Of a stretch of DNA of 64,000 nt, positions 26,749-37,323 are shown piece by piece; positions within the stretch are counted from its first letter, which is position 1; every line of letters starts with the position of its first letter. This DNA is from an uncultured Actinomycetes bacterium (GTDB taxonomy: Bacteria; Actinomycetota; Actinomycetes; Streptosporangiales; Streptosporangiaceae), in contig CAVWXG010000002.1 of the NCBI GenBank assembly GCA_963758795.1, forward strand, positions 13,762 to 77,761, given 5' to 3'. The notes below the pieces were generated by a model that made no database searches, was not told the DNA's origin, and saw nothing but the letters and a program-made list of their open reading frames with translations. The position numbers and the translations under genes are program-made.

Positions 26749-28269
26749 TCAGTCAACGCAGGGAATTCCGTCCTTGGCGGTGACCGCGCCGCCCTGCGCA
26801 CCGGTGGTGGGGATGGCGACCGCCGAGGACGAGGACGAGGACGAGGGCGTGGCGGCGGTGGTCGGCAAGGTGGAGTCCGCGCCGAGCATGACCTCCACGT
26901 GGCCGGCGGCCACCGTGGAACTCGCCGTCGCGGTCACGCCGAACTCCGAAGCGATCATGCTGGCACTCGCCGACGCGCCCGCGCCGTACAGCACCCCGGT
27001 CGTTGAAAGCGCGCTGGTGTCCCCGATCTGCCCAGCCGTGTAGCCCTGCTTGACCAGCGCGGCTGAGACCTCCGCGGCCAGCCCTGCGGTGTTGCCGCCG
27101 TTGTACACGTCCACGGTGGTCTTGGCGGCGTCGGCGCTGCTCTCGACCGTCGGCTTGGGGCTCGGCGAGCTAGACGAGGCCGCGGGCGGGTAGAACGTGT
27201 CCTGCACGATCTCCTTGATGTAGGGGGGATTGACCTCGTTGGCGTCCTGGCCGTCGATGGTCTCGTAACCCACGATCGGCAGCGTGTGGAAGACCAGGTT
27301 GCCGCTGGTCAGGTTGCGCATCTGCAGGGCGAAGTCGAGGAGGTTCCAGCCAGCGTCGGTGATCACGTACTGCTTGGCCACCGAGAGCAGCGCGTCGATC
27401 TTGGTCAGGTCGTTGAGCACTCCCTCGTTCCGCAGTTGCTGGATCACTGAGTCGAGGAACGCCTGCTGGCGGTGCGTACGGTCTAGGTCGCCGTTGGCCA
27501 GGCCGTCGCGCTGGCGGACGAACGCCAGCGCCATCGAGGGGCCGAGATGCTGAAGGCCGGCCTTATGGGCGTAAAAGCCGGAGTTGGTGTCGTAAGGGAC
27601 CGGATGGAGGAGGCAGACCTCCACCCCTCCGAAGACACTGGCCAGCTCGTAGAAGCCGTCCAGGTTAACCTCGGCGAAGTGGTCGATGTGCACCCCGGTC
27701 AGCTGCTCCACCGTGGCCACGGTGGCCGCCCGGCCGGCCTCGTTGCCCGCGAAGGCGATCTGGTCCTGGCTCATGTTGGGGTGCTGGGTCCGGAGCGTGC
27801 CCTCCTCGGCCGCCATGGCCAGGCCGTAGGCCTGGTCGATCTTGCCCTGGGCCTGCCCGTCGTAGGGGGTGGGGAAGGTAACCCAGTCATCGCGCGGGAT
27901 AGAGAAGCCAACCGCCTTCTTGCCGCCGGTCGGTATGTGGATCAGGATCAGCGTGTTCGTGGCGTTCCCGCCGACCCCGTTCGCCACGCCCTGCGCGCTC
28001 CCGGCGTGCAGCGCGTTCAGGACGTTGTTCGGCAGGATGTTGCCGTTCCAGTCGGTGCGGCTCTCCAGGCCCATCAGCAGGATGTTCTGCGCGCCGATCG
28101 AGGGACCGGACACGATGGCGTTCGAGCCGCCGATGTTGCTTATGTCGCGGACGACAAAATAGGAAAAGCCGCTAATCGCCAGCACCAGGGCCGCCCCGAC
28201 GCAGCACAGCGTGTATCCAGCCTTTCCGACTGCGCCCCACAACGGGGCCGTCGAAGCCGGCCTAACCAT
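26749..28269 (-). CDS. LCP (LytR-CpsA-Psr) family cell-wall polymer ligase with LytR_C domain
   Basis: N-terminal TM, ..NILLMGLESRTD..NTLILIHIP..GFSIPRDDWV.., and a C-terminal ..VDVYNGGNTAGLAAEVS.. domain. Confidence 0.85.
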   Translation of the reverse strand: MVRPASTAPLWGAVGKAGYTLCCVGAALVLAISGFSYFVVRDISNIGGSNAIVSGPSIGAQNILLMGLESRTDWNGNILPNNVLNALHAGSAQGVANGVGGNATNTLILIHIPTGGKKAVGFSIPRDDWVTFPTPYDGQAQGKIDQAYGLAMAAEEGTLRTQHPNMSQDQIAFAGNEAGRAATVATVEQLTGVHIDHFAEVNLDGFYELASVFGGVEVCLLHPVPYDTNSGFYAHKAGLQHLGPSMALAFVRQRDGLANGDLDRTHRQQAFLDSVIQQLRNEGVLNDLTKIDALLSVAKQYVITDAGWNLLDFALQMRNLTSGNLVFHTLPIVGYETIDGQDANEVNPPYIKEIVQDTFYPPAASSSSPSPKPTVESSADAAKTTVDVYNGGNTAGLAAEVSAALVKQGYTAGQIGDTSALSTTGVLYGAGASASASMIASEFGVTATASSTVAAGHVEVMLGADSTLPTTAATPSSSSSSSAVAIPTTGAQGGAVTAKDGIPCVD

Positions 28270-28372
28270 GGCATTTTTCTCCAGCAGTCCCGGCTCTGGA
28301 TCGTTACCATTCCGTGAAGCCTACCTTCGTGTCGCCGTCACTACTTCACAACGGCTAACATCCGAAGCACAT

Positions 28373-29874
28373 ATGAACGACCCCCTTTGGCGCGAACCGC
28401 GCCCGAGCAGGCCGTACGGTAGCGATCCTGGAGCCGCGCCGCGCGACCGCGATTCCCGACCGCCCGTGGGCATTTGGACGACGCCGACGGGAACTCCGAT
28501 GATGCCAGCGGACACCCCGGCGATGCCAGCAGGCGCGCCGACGATGCCCGCAGACGGTCCGCGAGTCCCCGCAGGCCGTCCACGAGTCCCGGCGGGCGGT
28601 CCGCGAGTCCCGGCAGGCGGTCCGGTCACGCCCGCAGGCGGTCCCAGAGTTCCCGCAGGCGGTCCGGTCACGCCCGCAGGCGGTCCGCGAGTCCCCGCAG
28701 GCGGTCCGCGAGTCCCGGCGGGTAGTCCGCGAGTTCCCGCAGGCGGTTCGGTCATGCCAACGGCGGGCACGCCGAGGACGGTAGCGGGCAGCCCCGGGGG
28801 GCCCGAGGCCGGGGCACCCGGACGCGATGCCGACTGGAACGGCCGCGATCCGGGCGGGATCGATCCCAGGATCCGTGATCCCCGCTGGAACGGCCGTGAT
28901 TCCGGCGCACCGACACGCAGGATGCCGAACCCGCCTGACCCGAATCCGGCCCGCCGCCCGGGGAGAACGCCACCCGGCGGAGCCCGGCCCACGATAAGCC
29001 AACCCGGCCGCCCGCCGCTCGGCGCAGCGCCGCCGGGCGCGGGGCCGCTGAGCGCAATGCCGCCGGGCGCAATGCCGCCGGGCGCGGAGTGCCGCCGGGC
29101 GCAGTGCCGCCGGGCGCAGTGCCGCCGGGCGCAGTGCCGCCGGGCACCCAGGAAGCCCGCCGGGCGCAGGCATCGAGCGGGCGAGGGAACCCGCGCCCGC
29201 GGAAACCGAGGCGGTTCGGCTCGCTGCAGGGCGGCCTCGGAGTGTGCCTCATCGTCGGCAGCACGGCGATCGGCGTGATCGCCACCATGGCGACCGGGCG
29301 CGCACCCGGTTTCATGCTCGGGCTCTTCGTGGTCACCGGCACCGTCGTCGCCGCCATGGCCGTCCGGCCCCGGGACGGACGGCTGATCTTCCCGGTCCCG
29401 GTGCTCGCTTACCTGGTCGGCGCGCTGGTCGCCGGGATCATCTATAACCGGTCCGAAGACGCGTCCAAGACGGCGGACGCCATCGGCGCGGCCCAGTGGA
29501 TCGCGAACGGATTCTTTTCGATGGCCTTGGCCACCGCGGCGGCCATCGTGCTGATCGTCGTCCGCTGGTTCTTCTGGCGCCACCGGCGGAAGGCCGACTC
29601 GGCTGGCGGCCCAGGCCGCCAGCCCCGGCCTGACCCGGCGGCCGCTGCGGGTTCCCGGTACGCGGCGGGTTACCCGGACTCCCGGTACCCGGCGGGTTAC
29701 CCGGACTCCCAGTACCCGGTGGATTACCGTGCCCAGGGTCGCCGGCCAGACGGCGCGGGCGCCGGGAACTCCGGCGATGAGCACCCACCAGGGTCCGCAC
29801 GGGACTACCGCCGGCCCCGACCCCCAGCGCCTCGCCCCGGATCAGGGCCCTACAACTTTTCCAGCGGAGCGTAG
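28373..29874 (+). CDS. Proline-rich repeat protein with C-terminal multi-TM (DUF6542-like) domain; the reading frame shifts by +2 inside a 15-bp repeat tract
   Basis: ORF 28211..29278 (start ATG 28373) has 10 x PAGGPRV heptads and AMPPG units. The TM part ..LGVCLIVGSTAIGVIATMATG..LGLFVVTGTVVAAMAV.. is in ORF 29089..29874. The aberrant 17-nt unit is GCGGAGTGCCGCCGGGC at 29084..29100. Confidence 0.55.
28547..28756 (+). repeat. 10 tandem 21-bp units (PAGGPRV heptads)
   Basis: Counted directly. Confidence 0.9.
29054..29145 (+). repeat. 15-bp tandem units GCA(A/G)TGCCGCCGGGC (A[M/V]PPG) with one 17-nt unit
   Basis: Counted directly. Confidence 0.9.
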
Positions 29875-32120
29875 CGCAGCACCAGGTGCTTGACGCCATA
29901 GTCGGCGCCAAAGTCGATCTTGGCCTCGGCCTGGTCGCCATAGCCGTCTGTGGACACCACGGTGCCCAGCCCGAACTTGTCGTGGGTCACCATGTCCCCG
30001 GGCGACAGGGCGGGCACCGGGCGATTCCCTGGCGACCGGGTCCCGGGCAACTGCGCCATCCGCTCCTGCGCCGGCCGGACCGCGGACATCGCCGCGTCCG
30101 CGTCACGGCGCCACTCGATGAGGCCGGCCGGGATCTCGCCGAGGAACCGCGACTGCTTGTGGAACGAGGGACGACCCCACCAGTTCCTGGCCACGGCGCG
30201 GGTCAGGTACAGCCGCCGCTCGGCCCGGGTGATGCCGACATAGGCCAGCCGGCGCTCCTCTTCCAGCTCCTTCGGGTTGTTCAGCGAGCGCTGATGCGGG
30301 AACACCTCTTCTTCCATCCCGGTCAGGAATACCACGGGGAACTCAAGTCCCTTGGCCGTGTGCAGCGTCATCATCGTCACCAGGCCGCCGTGCTCTTCGC
30401 CCTCGGGAATCTCGTCGGCGTCGGCGACCAGCGACACCTGCTCGAGGAACTCGGCGAGCGTCCCCTCCTCGTGGGCGCCGTCGAACTCGCGGGCCACGGA
30501 CACGAGCTCCTTGAGGTTCTCCACCCGGCTGACGTCCTGCAGGTCGGTGGAGGACTCAAGCGACTCCTGGTACCCGGTGCGGTCCAGGACCGCCTCGGCG
30601 AGCTCGGCCACCGGAACCGCGTCGGCGAGTTCGGCGAGCCCGTCCATGAGCGTGTTGAACCCCGCGATGGCGCTGGCGGACCGGGCCGCCAGCCCCGGCA
30701 CGTCGGACGGGCGGGCCAGCGCCTGGGCGAACGTGATCCGCTCCCGCTGCGCGAACGCGGCCACGTACTCCTCCGCCCGGTCGCCGATACCGCGCTTGGG
30801 TACGTTAAGCACCCGGCGCAGCGACACCTCATCGGCTGGATTGGCGATCAGCCGCAGGTAGGCGAGCAGATCGCGGACCTCGCGCCGTTCGTAGAACCTG
30901 ACCCCGCCGACCACCCGGTACGGCAGCCCGACCCGGATGAACACTTCCTCGAACACGCGGGACTGCGCGTTGGTCCGGTAGAAGACCGCCACCTGGCCCG
31001 GCGTGGCCTGGCCGGCGTCGGTCAGCCGGTCGACCTCCTCGGCCACGAACGCGGCCTCGTCGTGCTCGTTGTCGGCCACATAACCCACGATCGGCGGGCC
31101 CGCGCCCGCCTCAGACCACAGGTTCTTCGGTTTCCTGCCCCGGTTCAGCGAGACCACCGCGTTGGCGGCGGCCAGGATGTTCTGGGTGGAACGGTAGTTC
31201 TGTTCGAGCAGAATGACCGTGGCGTCCGGATAGTCCAGCTCGAACTCGACAATGTTGCGTATCGACGCGCCGCGGAAAGCGTAGATGGACTGGTCCGCGT
31301 CGCCGACGACGCATAGCTCGGCGGGCGGGAGAGATGGGTCCGGGGTGTCGGCACTGCCCGTTCCGACTGAATTAAGCGGAGTACCGCCGGAAACAAGCTC
31401 CCTGATCAGGACGTACTGCGCGTGGTTGGTGTCCTGGTACTCGTCCACCAGCACGTGCCGGAAGCGGCGGCGGTATTGCCCGGCGACCTCGGGTATCGCC
31501 TGGAAGAGGTTGACCGTGACCATGATCAGGTCATCGAAGTCCATCGCGCCGGCCGCGAACAGGCGGCGCTGGTACTCGCTGTACGCCTCGGCCAGCACCT
31601 TTTCCCTGGCCGTCTGCGCGCTGGCCGCGAACGTCTCGTGGTCGATCAGCTCGTTCTTGAGGTTCGAGACCTGGGCGGCCATCGGCTTCGGCGGGAACTG
31701 CTTGGCGTCGAGCTCGAGTTCGCGGCAGACCAGCGCCATCAGGCGCTGGGAGTCCCCCTGGTCGTAGATGGAAAACGACGAGGGGTAGCCGAACCGCCTG
31801 GCCTCCCGGCGCAGGATGCGCACGCAGGCCGAGTGGAACGTCATCACCCACATGGCCCTGGACCGCGGGCCGACCAGGGCGGCGACGCGGCCGGCCATCT
31901 CGCCGGCGGCCTTATTGGTGAAGGTAATGGCCAGGATCTCGTGCGGCGCCACGTCCCGCGCGGCCAGCAGGTAAGCGATCCGGTGGGTGAGCACGCGGGT
32001 CTTCCCCGAGCCCGCGCCGGCCACGATCAGCAGCGGACTGCCCTCATGCACCACGGCAGCGCGCTGCTGCGGATTGAGTCCGTCAAGGAGAGCGTCTATT
32101 GCGAGGGCGGCCACCTCCAT
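29850..32120 (-). CDS. pcrA: ATP-dependent DNA helicase PcrA (UvrD family)
   Basis: ..LNPQQRAAVVHEGSPLLIVAGAGSGKTRVLTHRIAYLL..ILAITFTNKAAGEM..VDEYQDTN.. Confidence 0.9.
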   Translation of the reverse strand: MEVAALAIDALLDGLNPQQRAAVVHEGSPLLIVAGAGSGKTRVLTHRIAYLLAARDVAPHEILAITFTNKAAGEMAGRVAALVGPRSRAMWVMTFHSACVRILRREARRFGYPSSFSIYDQGDSQRLMALVCRELELDAKQFPPKPMAAQVSNLKNELIDHETFAASAQTAREKVLAEAYSEYQRRLFAAGAMDFDDLIMVTVNLFQAIPEVAGQYRRRFRHVLVDEYQDTNHAQYVLIRELVSGGTPLNSVGTGSADTPDPSLPPAELCVVGDADQSIYAFRGASIRNIVEFELDYPDATVILLEQNYRSTQNILAAANAVVSLNRGRKPKNLWSEAGAGPPIVGYVADNEHDEAAFVAEEVDRLTDAGQATPGQVAVFYRTNAQSRVFEEVFIRVGLPYRVVGGVRFYERREVRDLLAYLRLIANPADEVSLRRVLNVPKRGIGDRAEEYVAAFAQRERITFAQALARPSDVPGLAARSASAIAGFNTLMDGLAELADAVPVAELAEAVLDRTGYQESLESSTDLQDVSRVENLKELVSVAREFDGAHEEGTLAEFLEQVSLVADADEIPEGEEHGGLVTMMTLHTAKGLEFPVVFLTGMEEEVFPHQRSLNNPKELEEERRLAYVGITRAERRLYLTRAVARNWWGRPSFHKQSRFLGEIPAGLIEWRRDADAAMSAVRPAQERMAQLPGTRSPGNRPVPALSPGDMVTHDKFGLGTVVSTDGYGDQAEAKIDFGADYGVKHLVLRYAPLEKL

Positions 32121-32370
32121 AGGGTAGGCGGTCGCACCGACAAAAAGGCAGTGCGCGCGTCCCGCCGCCTCGTCGGTACCAGGAATCGTATTACGCCAAA
32201 AGCTGGGAGAACGTCACAATATGGACATTAGGCCGAGACGTCATCAAGTCGCGGGATATATGTTCTTCTCCCCCCGGGAGATGCGTGCTATGGGCTATTC
32301 TGGCCGTCTTGACCGATAGTTGGATACGACGGGGACCGCGCATGCCTCGCCTCTGAACCGTGGGGGTGCC

Positions 32371-35130
32371 ATGGGATCGCGTAGCCGATCCATACGGCTC
32401 CGCATTTACTTCCTGGTGGCGATCCCGCTCGTCGCCATGGTCGGACTGCTCGCCTACGTGGCGGGCACCTCGGTCAACAACGCCATCAACCTGGACCGCG
32501 CCCCCAACCTGATCAACAAGACCTCGCTGCCGACCGCGGTCTTCGTCAATTACCTGCAGGCCGAGCGCGCGGCCGCGGTGATCTACCTGTCCGCGCCCAC
32601 GCGGGCCAACCTAGCCGCCTATAACACGGCCGTCGCGAACACCGGCCAGAACTCCACGGCGTTCCGGGCGGCCATGACCTCTGCGGCCACGGTCCGCAGC
32701 GAGACCCCCAACGAGGCGGCGGCGATCAACGCCATGCTCGGCAGCCTGGGCAAGCTCACGCTGCTTGAAGAGGGAGTCCGCGCGCGGGCGGTCCAGCCGC
32801 TGGCCGCGCTCACCGCCTACAGCCAGGGCATCGCCGCCGAGCCCGCGCTGTTCCTGACCGAAGCCGACAGCGAGACCGGGGCGGTGAGCCAGGCGCTGGG
32901 CCTGATCGCGACCGTGCAGGCCAGGGAGGAGCTCTCGCAGGAGTGGGCGCTACTCGGGGGCATGCTGGCCGGAAACCGGATAACCAGTAACGACCGCATC
33001 GCGTTCACCCAGGCAGCAGCGACCCGGCAGGCCGACCTGCGCTCCGCGCAGTCCATCCTGACCCCGGCCAACCTGGCCGTCTACAACGCTGCCCAGGCCG
33101 GTTCCGCGGCCGCGCAAAGCAACCTCGCCGGTATCGAGCAGGCCGTGGCCGCAGGCGCCCCGATCAGGCGGCTGCCGACCACCCAGGCCCAGTGGCAGCA
33201 GACGGCGGGCACGCTGCTGCAGGACTACTACAAGGGCGGCGTCGCGGTCTCGCAAGCGGAGCTGGTGACCGATCACCAGGCCAGCCGGTCGGCGTGGATC
33301 CGGGTCGCGGTGACGAGCGGCATCGCGCTGCTCGGGCTGCTCCTCACCATCGTGGTGACCACCCTGGTCGCTCGCAGCATCATCCGGCGCCTGCGCGGGC
33401 TCGAACGCTCGGCCCTCACCGTGGCCCAGCACCAGCTGCCCGACGTGATCGGCCGGCTGAGGCGAGGCGAGGACGTTGACGTGGAGCACGAAGCGGCGCC
33501 GCTGCCGGGCAGCCCGGGCAAGATCGGCGGGGACGAGATCGACCGGGTCGGACAGTCCTTCGACCTGGTCCGGCAGACCGCGATCCGGGCCGCGGTGGAG
33601 GAGGCCAGGCTCCGGCGAGGGCTCAACGACGTGTTCCGCAGCCTGGCCCGGCGCAGCCAGTCGCTGCTGCACCGCCAGCTGACCCTGCTCGACCAGATGG
33701 AACGGCGGGCCACCGACCCCGAGGCCCTCGACGACCTGTTCCGGCTCGATCACCTCACCACCCGGATGCGCCGGCACGCAGAAGGCCTGGTCATCCTGGC
33801 CGGCGCGCCACCGGGCCGGTCCTGGAGCAACCCGGTGCGGATGATCGACGTGATGCGCGGCGCGATCGCGGAAGTCGAGGACTACGCCCGGGTCGCGGTC
33901 GCCACCCGGAGCCAGGCCTGGCTCTCCGGCTCGGCCGTCGCGGACGTCATCCACCTGCTGGCCGAGCTCATCGAGAACGCCACCACGCTCTCGCCGCCTT
34001 ACACCTCGGTCCGGGTGTCCGGGGATATCGTCGCCAGCGGATTCGCGATCGAAGTCGAGGATCGCGGGCTCGGGATGGGCCCGGAGCGGATGGCGGAACT
34101 CAACGCCCGGCTGGCCGAGCCGCCTGAGTTCAACCCGGCCGACAGCGACCAGCTCGGCCTGTTCGTCGTCGGCCAGCTCGCCAAGCGGCACGGCATCCGG
34201 GTCACGCTCAAGGCGTCACCTTACGGCGGCACCGCAGCCATCGTTCTGATACCGCGCCAGCTGGTGGTGACCGAGGACGCGTTCCGGCCGGTACTGGCCG
34301 GCGAGCCCGCGGCGATCGCGATGGCGCAGCGCACGACCAACGGCAACGACGGACGCGCGGCGGAGCTCACTGCCGTCTCGGCGTTTTCCGGGTTCCCCAG
34401 CCCGCCCGAGCTCCGCAGCCCGCCCGAGCTCCGCATCTCCGGCCCGCTGCGGCGATCCCAGGGGCTGGCCTTCCCTGAGCTGGCCTTCCCTGAGCTGGCC
34501 TTCCCTGAGCTGGCCTCCCCTGAGCTGGCCTCCCAGAGCCTGGTCCCGGAGCCTGGAGCGGCGCCGGCACCGGAGGCGGTACCGGGCGCGGTGCTGGAGC
34601 CTGAAGCGGTGCCCGAAACGGAGCCGAGGCCAGGGGCGCAGCCCTTCGACGTGTTCGCGCCGCTACGCCGCGGCCAGGTCCCGGGCGCGCCCGGGACCGG
34701 CTCTCCGCCGGATGCAGCCCCGGGATCAGCTTCGTACCCGGCCCCGGACCCGGCGTCAGCGCCGTACTCCGGCGCCGCAGCGGGCGTTCCTGACATGCTG
34801 GGAGCGCCCGCCACCCCGATGACGGCGGTGGCCTCGTCCCCGCCGGACCAGGGACTTCCGCGGCGGGTCAGGCAGGCGAGCCTGGCACCCCAGCTTCGCG
34901 GCGACCCGCCGCGGCGCCGGGTCACCACGGCCCGCGGAGGCCCGTCGAGCGGGCCCACGCCCGCGGAAATCCGCCGGACCGTGTCAGCTCTTCAGCGCGG
35001 CTGGCAGGAGGGGCGGTCCCGGCACGGCGCGCCCTCCGAACCCCCCAGCCCGGGTTTGCCTCCCGGTGCGGGCGGCGGCCACGATTCAACCGCGGACGAA
35101 CAAGCAGGTGGCGAAGCCGATGGAACCTGA
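32371..35130 (+). CDS. cvnA: Conservon sensor kinase-like protein (CvnA-type; nitrate/nitrite-sensing-like N-domain, HAMP, HATPase) with a long Pro-rich repetitive tail
   Basis: ..IRLRIYFLVAIPLVAMVGLLAY.., HAMP ..IIRRLRGLERSAL.., ..LLAELIENATTLSPP..EVEDRGLGM.. Start chosen at ATG 32371; the ORF track starts at TTG 32320. Confidence 0.8.
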   Translation: MGSRSRSIRLRIYFLVAIPLVAMVGLLAYVAGTSVNNAINLDRAPNLINKTSLPTAVFVNYLQAERAAAVIYLSAPTRANLAAYNTAVANTGQNSTAFRAAMTSAATVRSETPNEAAAINAMLGSLGKLTLLEEGVRARAVQPLAALTAYSQGIAAEPALFLTEADSETGAVSQALGLIATVQAREELSQEWALLGGMLAGNRITSNDRIAFTQAAATRQADLRSAQSILTPANLAVYNAAQAGSAAAQSNLAGIEQAVAAGAPIRRLPTTQAQWQQTAGTLLQDYYKGGVAVSQAELVTDHQASRSAWIRVAVTSGIALLGLLLTIVVTTLVARSIIRRLRGLERSALTVAQHQLPDVIGRLRRGEDVDVEHEAAPLPGSPGKIGGDEIDRVGQSFDLVRQTAIRAAVEEARLRRGLNDVFRSLARRSQSLLHRQLTLLDQMERRATDPEALDDLFRLDHLTTRMRRHAEGLVILAGAPPGRSWSNPVRMIDVMRGAIAEVEDYARVAVATRSQAWLSGSAVADVIHLLAELIENATTLSPPYTSVRVSGDIVASGFAIEVEDRGLGMGPERMAELNARLAEPPEFNPADSDQLGLFVVGQLAKRHGIRVTLKASPYGGTAAIVLIPRQLVVTEDAFRPVLAGEPAAIAMAQRTTNGNDGRAAELTAVSAFSGFPSPPELRSPPELRISGPLRRSQGLAFPELAFPELAFPELASPELASQSLVPEPGAAPAPEAVPGAVLEPEAVPETEPRPGAQPFDVFAPLRRGQVPGAPGTGSPPDAAPGSASYPAPDPASAPYSGAAAGVPDMLGAPATPMTAVASSPPDQGLPRRVRQASLAPQLRGDPPRRRVTTARGGPSSGPTPAEIRRTVSALQRGWQEGRSRHGAPSEPPSPGLPPGAGGGHDSTADEQAGGEADGT
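34465..34538 (+). repeat. 15-bp tandem units CTGGCCTTCCCTGAG (ELAFP) x about 5 in the cvnA tail
   Basis: Counted directly. Confidence 0.9.
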
Positions 35131-35548
35131 TATCGGTACGCCGGCCCGGATGGGCCGGCTCGACTGGCTACTCGATGATCTCGTCCGGCGGGTCGGCCCG
35201 ATCGGCAGGGCTGTCATCTTGTCCGCCGATGGCATCGCGCTGGGCGCATCGAGCACGCTCGAGCGCGAGGACGCCGAGCACCTGGCCGCGCTGGCCGCCG
35301 GATTCCAATCGCTGGCCCGCGGCGCCGGACAGCATTTCGGCGGCGGCTCGGTCCGGCAGACGATCATCGAAATGGAATCAGGATTCCTGCTCGTCAGCGC
35401 CGCGGGCAGCGGGACATGCCTCGCGGTGATCGCCGAACCGGGCTGCGACCTTGGCCTGGTCGCCTATGAGATGGCCGTCCTGATCTCCAGATCTTCAGAA
35501 CACATCCGGGTCAACGCGCGCGCGTCCGCCGCCACCGGCTGGGCGTAA
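35120..35548 (+). CDS. cvnB: Roadblock/LC7 (MglB-like) protein, conservon CvnB
   Basis: ..LDWLLDDLVRRVGPIGRAVILSADGIALGAS..GFLLVSAAG.. Confidence 0.85.
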   Translation: MEPDIGTPARMGRLDWLLDDLVRRVGPIGRAVILSADGIALGASSTLEREDAEHLAALAAGFQSLARGAGQHFGGGSVRQTIIEMESGFLLVSAAGSGTCLAVIAEPGCDLGLVAYEMAVLISRSSEHIRVNARASAATGWA

Positions 35549-35557
35549 CGAGGCGCC

Positions 35558-35932
35558 ATGCCGTCCGACGACGAACGATGGATGGATGCCGAGGCCGGAC
35601 CGGTGGTCCGGCCTTATGCCCTCACCCAGGGCCGGACGAGGCACACGGGTGCATCGTTTGACCTGGTCGCGACCGTCATGGCCACGCACGCCCGGGTCGC
35701 CGATCCTACCTCGCTGGCACCCGAGCACATGAACGTGCTGCAGCTCGCCCGGGCACCGACAACCGTCGCAGACATCGCCTCTGACGTTGATCTTCCGCTC
35801 GGCGTCGTCCGCATCATCCTTGCCGATCTACGGGAACTCGGCCTGGTCGCGATCAGCACCCCGGTCGCGCGGGCCGAGCGGATCGACTCGCACACTCTCA
35901 GGGAGGTCCTCAATGGACTACGGGGCCTATGA
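35558..35932 (+). CDS. cvnC: DUF742 protein, conservon CvnC
   Basis: ..VVRPYALTQGRTR..LDLVATV.., ..VADIASDVDLPLGVVRIILADL.. Confidence 0.85.
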   Translation: MPSDDERWMDAEAGPVVRPYALTQGRTRHTGASFDLVATVMATHARVADPTSLAPEHMNVLQLARAPTTVADIASDVDLPLGVVRIILADLRELGLVAISTPVARAERIDSHTLREVLNGLRGL

Positions 35933-36530
35933 CCCGGCGGGCGGCCAGTCAAGCAGTCCGCCCCCGCCCCGCGCGATAAAGATCCTGCTGGCCGGCGGCT
36001 TCGGGGTGGGCAAGACCACGCTCGTCGGTGCGGTGAGTGAGATCAAGCCGCTGCGGACCGAGGAGCTACTGTCCGAGGGCAGCTTGCACACTGACCGCAC
36101 CGAAGGCGTCGAGGCCAAGACGACGACCACGGTCGCGATGGACTTCGGCCGGATCAGCCTGCGCAGTGATCTGGTGCTCTATCTCTTCGGCACACCCGGC
36201 CAGCAGCGGTTCTGGTTCATGTGGGATGAGCTTGCGATCGGCGCGCTGGGGGCCGTGGTCCTCGCTGATACCCGGCGGCTGGCCGACAGCTTCCCCGCGA
36301 TCGACTACTTCGAGCGCCGGGAGATACCGTTCATCGTCGCGCTGAACTGCTTCGACGGCGCCCGGCAGTACGCCATCGAAGACGTCAGGATGGCCTTGGA
36401 CCTTGAGCCCGGTGTCCCGATGGTCCTATGCGACGCACGCAGCCGGGAATCCTCCAAGGAGGTGCTGATTGCCTTGGTCGAGCACGTCCTGGCCACCGCG
36501 TCGCAGGAAGCTGTGTCAGGGATCGCGTAG
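35913..36530 (+). CDS. cvnD: Ras-like small GTPase (ATP/GTP-binding protein), conservon CvnD
   Basis: ..IKILLAGGFGVGKTTLVGAVSEI..LYLFGTPGQQRFWFMWDEL.. Confidence 0.9.
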   Translation: MDYGAYDPAGGQSSSPPPPRAIKILLAGGFGVGKTTLVGAVSEIKPLRTEELLSEGSLHTDRTEGVEAKTTTTVAMDFGRISLRSDLVLYLFGTPGQQRFWFMWDELAIGALGAVVLADTRRLADSFPAIDYFERREIPFIVALNCFDGARQYAIEDVRMALDLEPGVPMVLCDARSRESSKEVLIALVEHVLATASQEAVSGIA

Positions 36531-36971
36531 CACGGCCCAGACCGCCTTGCCGTGCCCGGCGATCGGGCTCCAGCCCCACACGTGACTGAGCGCCGCGACG
36601 ATCTGCAGGCCGCGACCGCTTTCCCCGCCCCAGTCGGGCTGCCGCGGCATCGGCGTCTCGTTGGCTGGATCGATGACCGCCAGCATGACCTCGCCGACCC
36701 GCCTGAGCATGCACAACCGCAGCACGGCCAGGCCAGCACCCGGGTTGGCGCGGATCAGGCCGGCCCGGGTGCCGTGCAGAACGGCGTTGACCACCAGCTC
36801 ATCGATGATCATCTCGCCGTCATCGGCCAGCGCCTCTAGGCCCCAGCAGGTCAGCAGCTCCCGGACGAAGTAGCGAGCGGTCCTGGCTTCCTCCGGCCGG
36901 GCGCTGAGGGCACGGGAGGTAACCGCCGGGGTCTCCCACCACGCGGAGGGCACAGGCAGCAGTCGCGGCAT
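36516..36971 (-). CDS. HATPase-type ATP-binding protein (anti-sigma-factor/RsbW-like; abaA/whiJ-locus type)
   Basis: ..ARTARYFVRELLTCWGLEALADDGEMIIDELVVNAVLHG..GESGRGLQIVAALSHVWGW.. The start is uncertain: ATG 36971, 37070 or 37205. Confidence 0.7.
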   Translation of the reverse strand: MPRLLPVPSAWWETPAVTSRALSARPEEARTARYFVRELLTCWGLEALADDGEMIIDELVVNAVLHGTRAGLIRANPGAGLAVLRLCMLRRVGEVMLAVIDPANETPMPRQPDWGGESGRGLQIVAALSHVWGWSPIAGHGKAVWAVLRDP

Positions 36972-37323
36972 GCTGCGCGTGACGGCGGGCCGCCAGACGC
37001 TGACTTCGTCGTCGTCATCCCCGGTACCTGTAGCGACACTGAGATGGGCCAACGCAACAGCTTCCTGCATGTCAGCGGGCCTAAAACGATTGCCCGTCAC
37101 GGTGTTAACTGCGTGCTTAACGCTATGTTGCCTGATATATTGTGCAAATGCAAGACCGGATGCACGTTCATCCGCTTTGTGCAGACGGTCTCCGGATGGG
37201 CCCACGGGGGACTAGCGGGCAGGCGAATCGCATCAGGAACTTACTCACCAGTTGCTCACATAAGAATTACACTGAGTGAACCTTTCAGGCCTGCAGCGTT
37301 GAACCTGTCGGAAGGGGATAAAT

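Noticed and set aside
28547-29145. Regular short repeats that could superficially suggest a CRISPR array. Similar tracts occur at 34465, 43075, 53245, 55663 and 63758.
   Set aside because: The units are contiguous with no spacers and their periods are multiples of 3 (15, 21, 54, 57). They lie inside ORFs encoding Pro/Ala/Asp-rich peptide repeats, and no cas genes are present.
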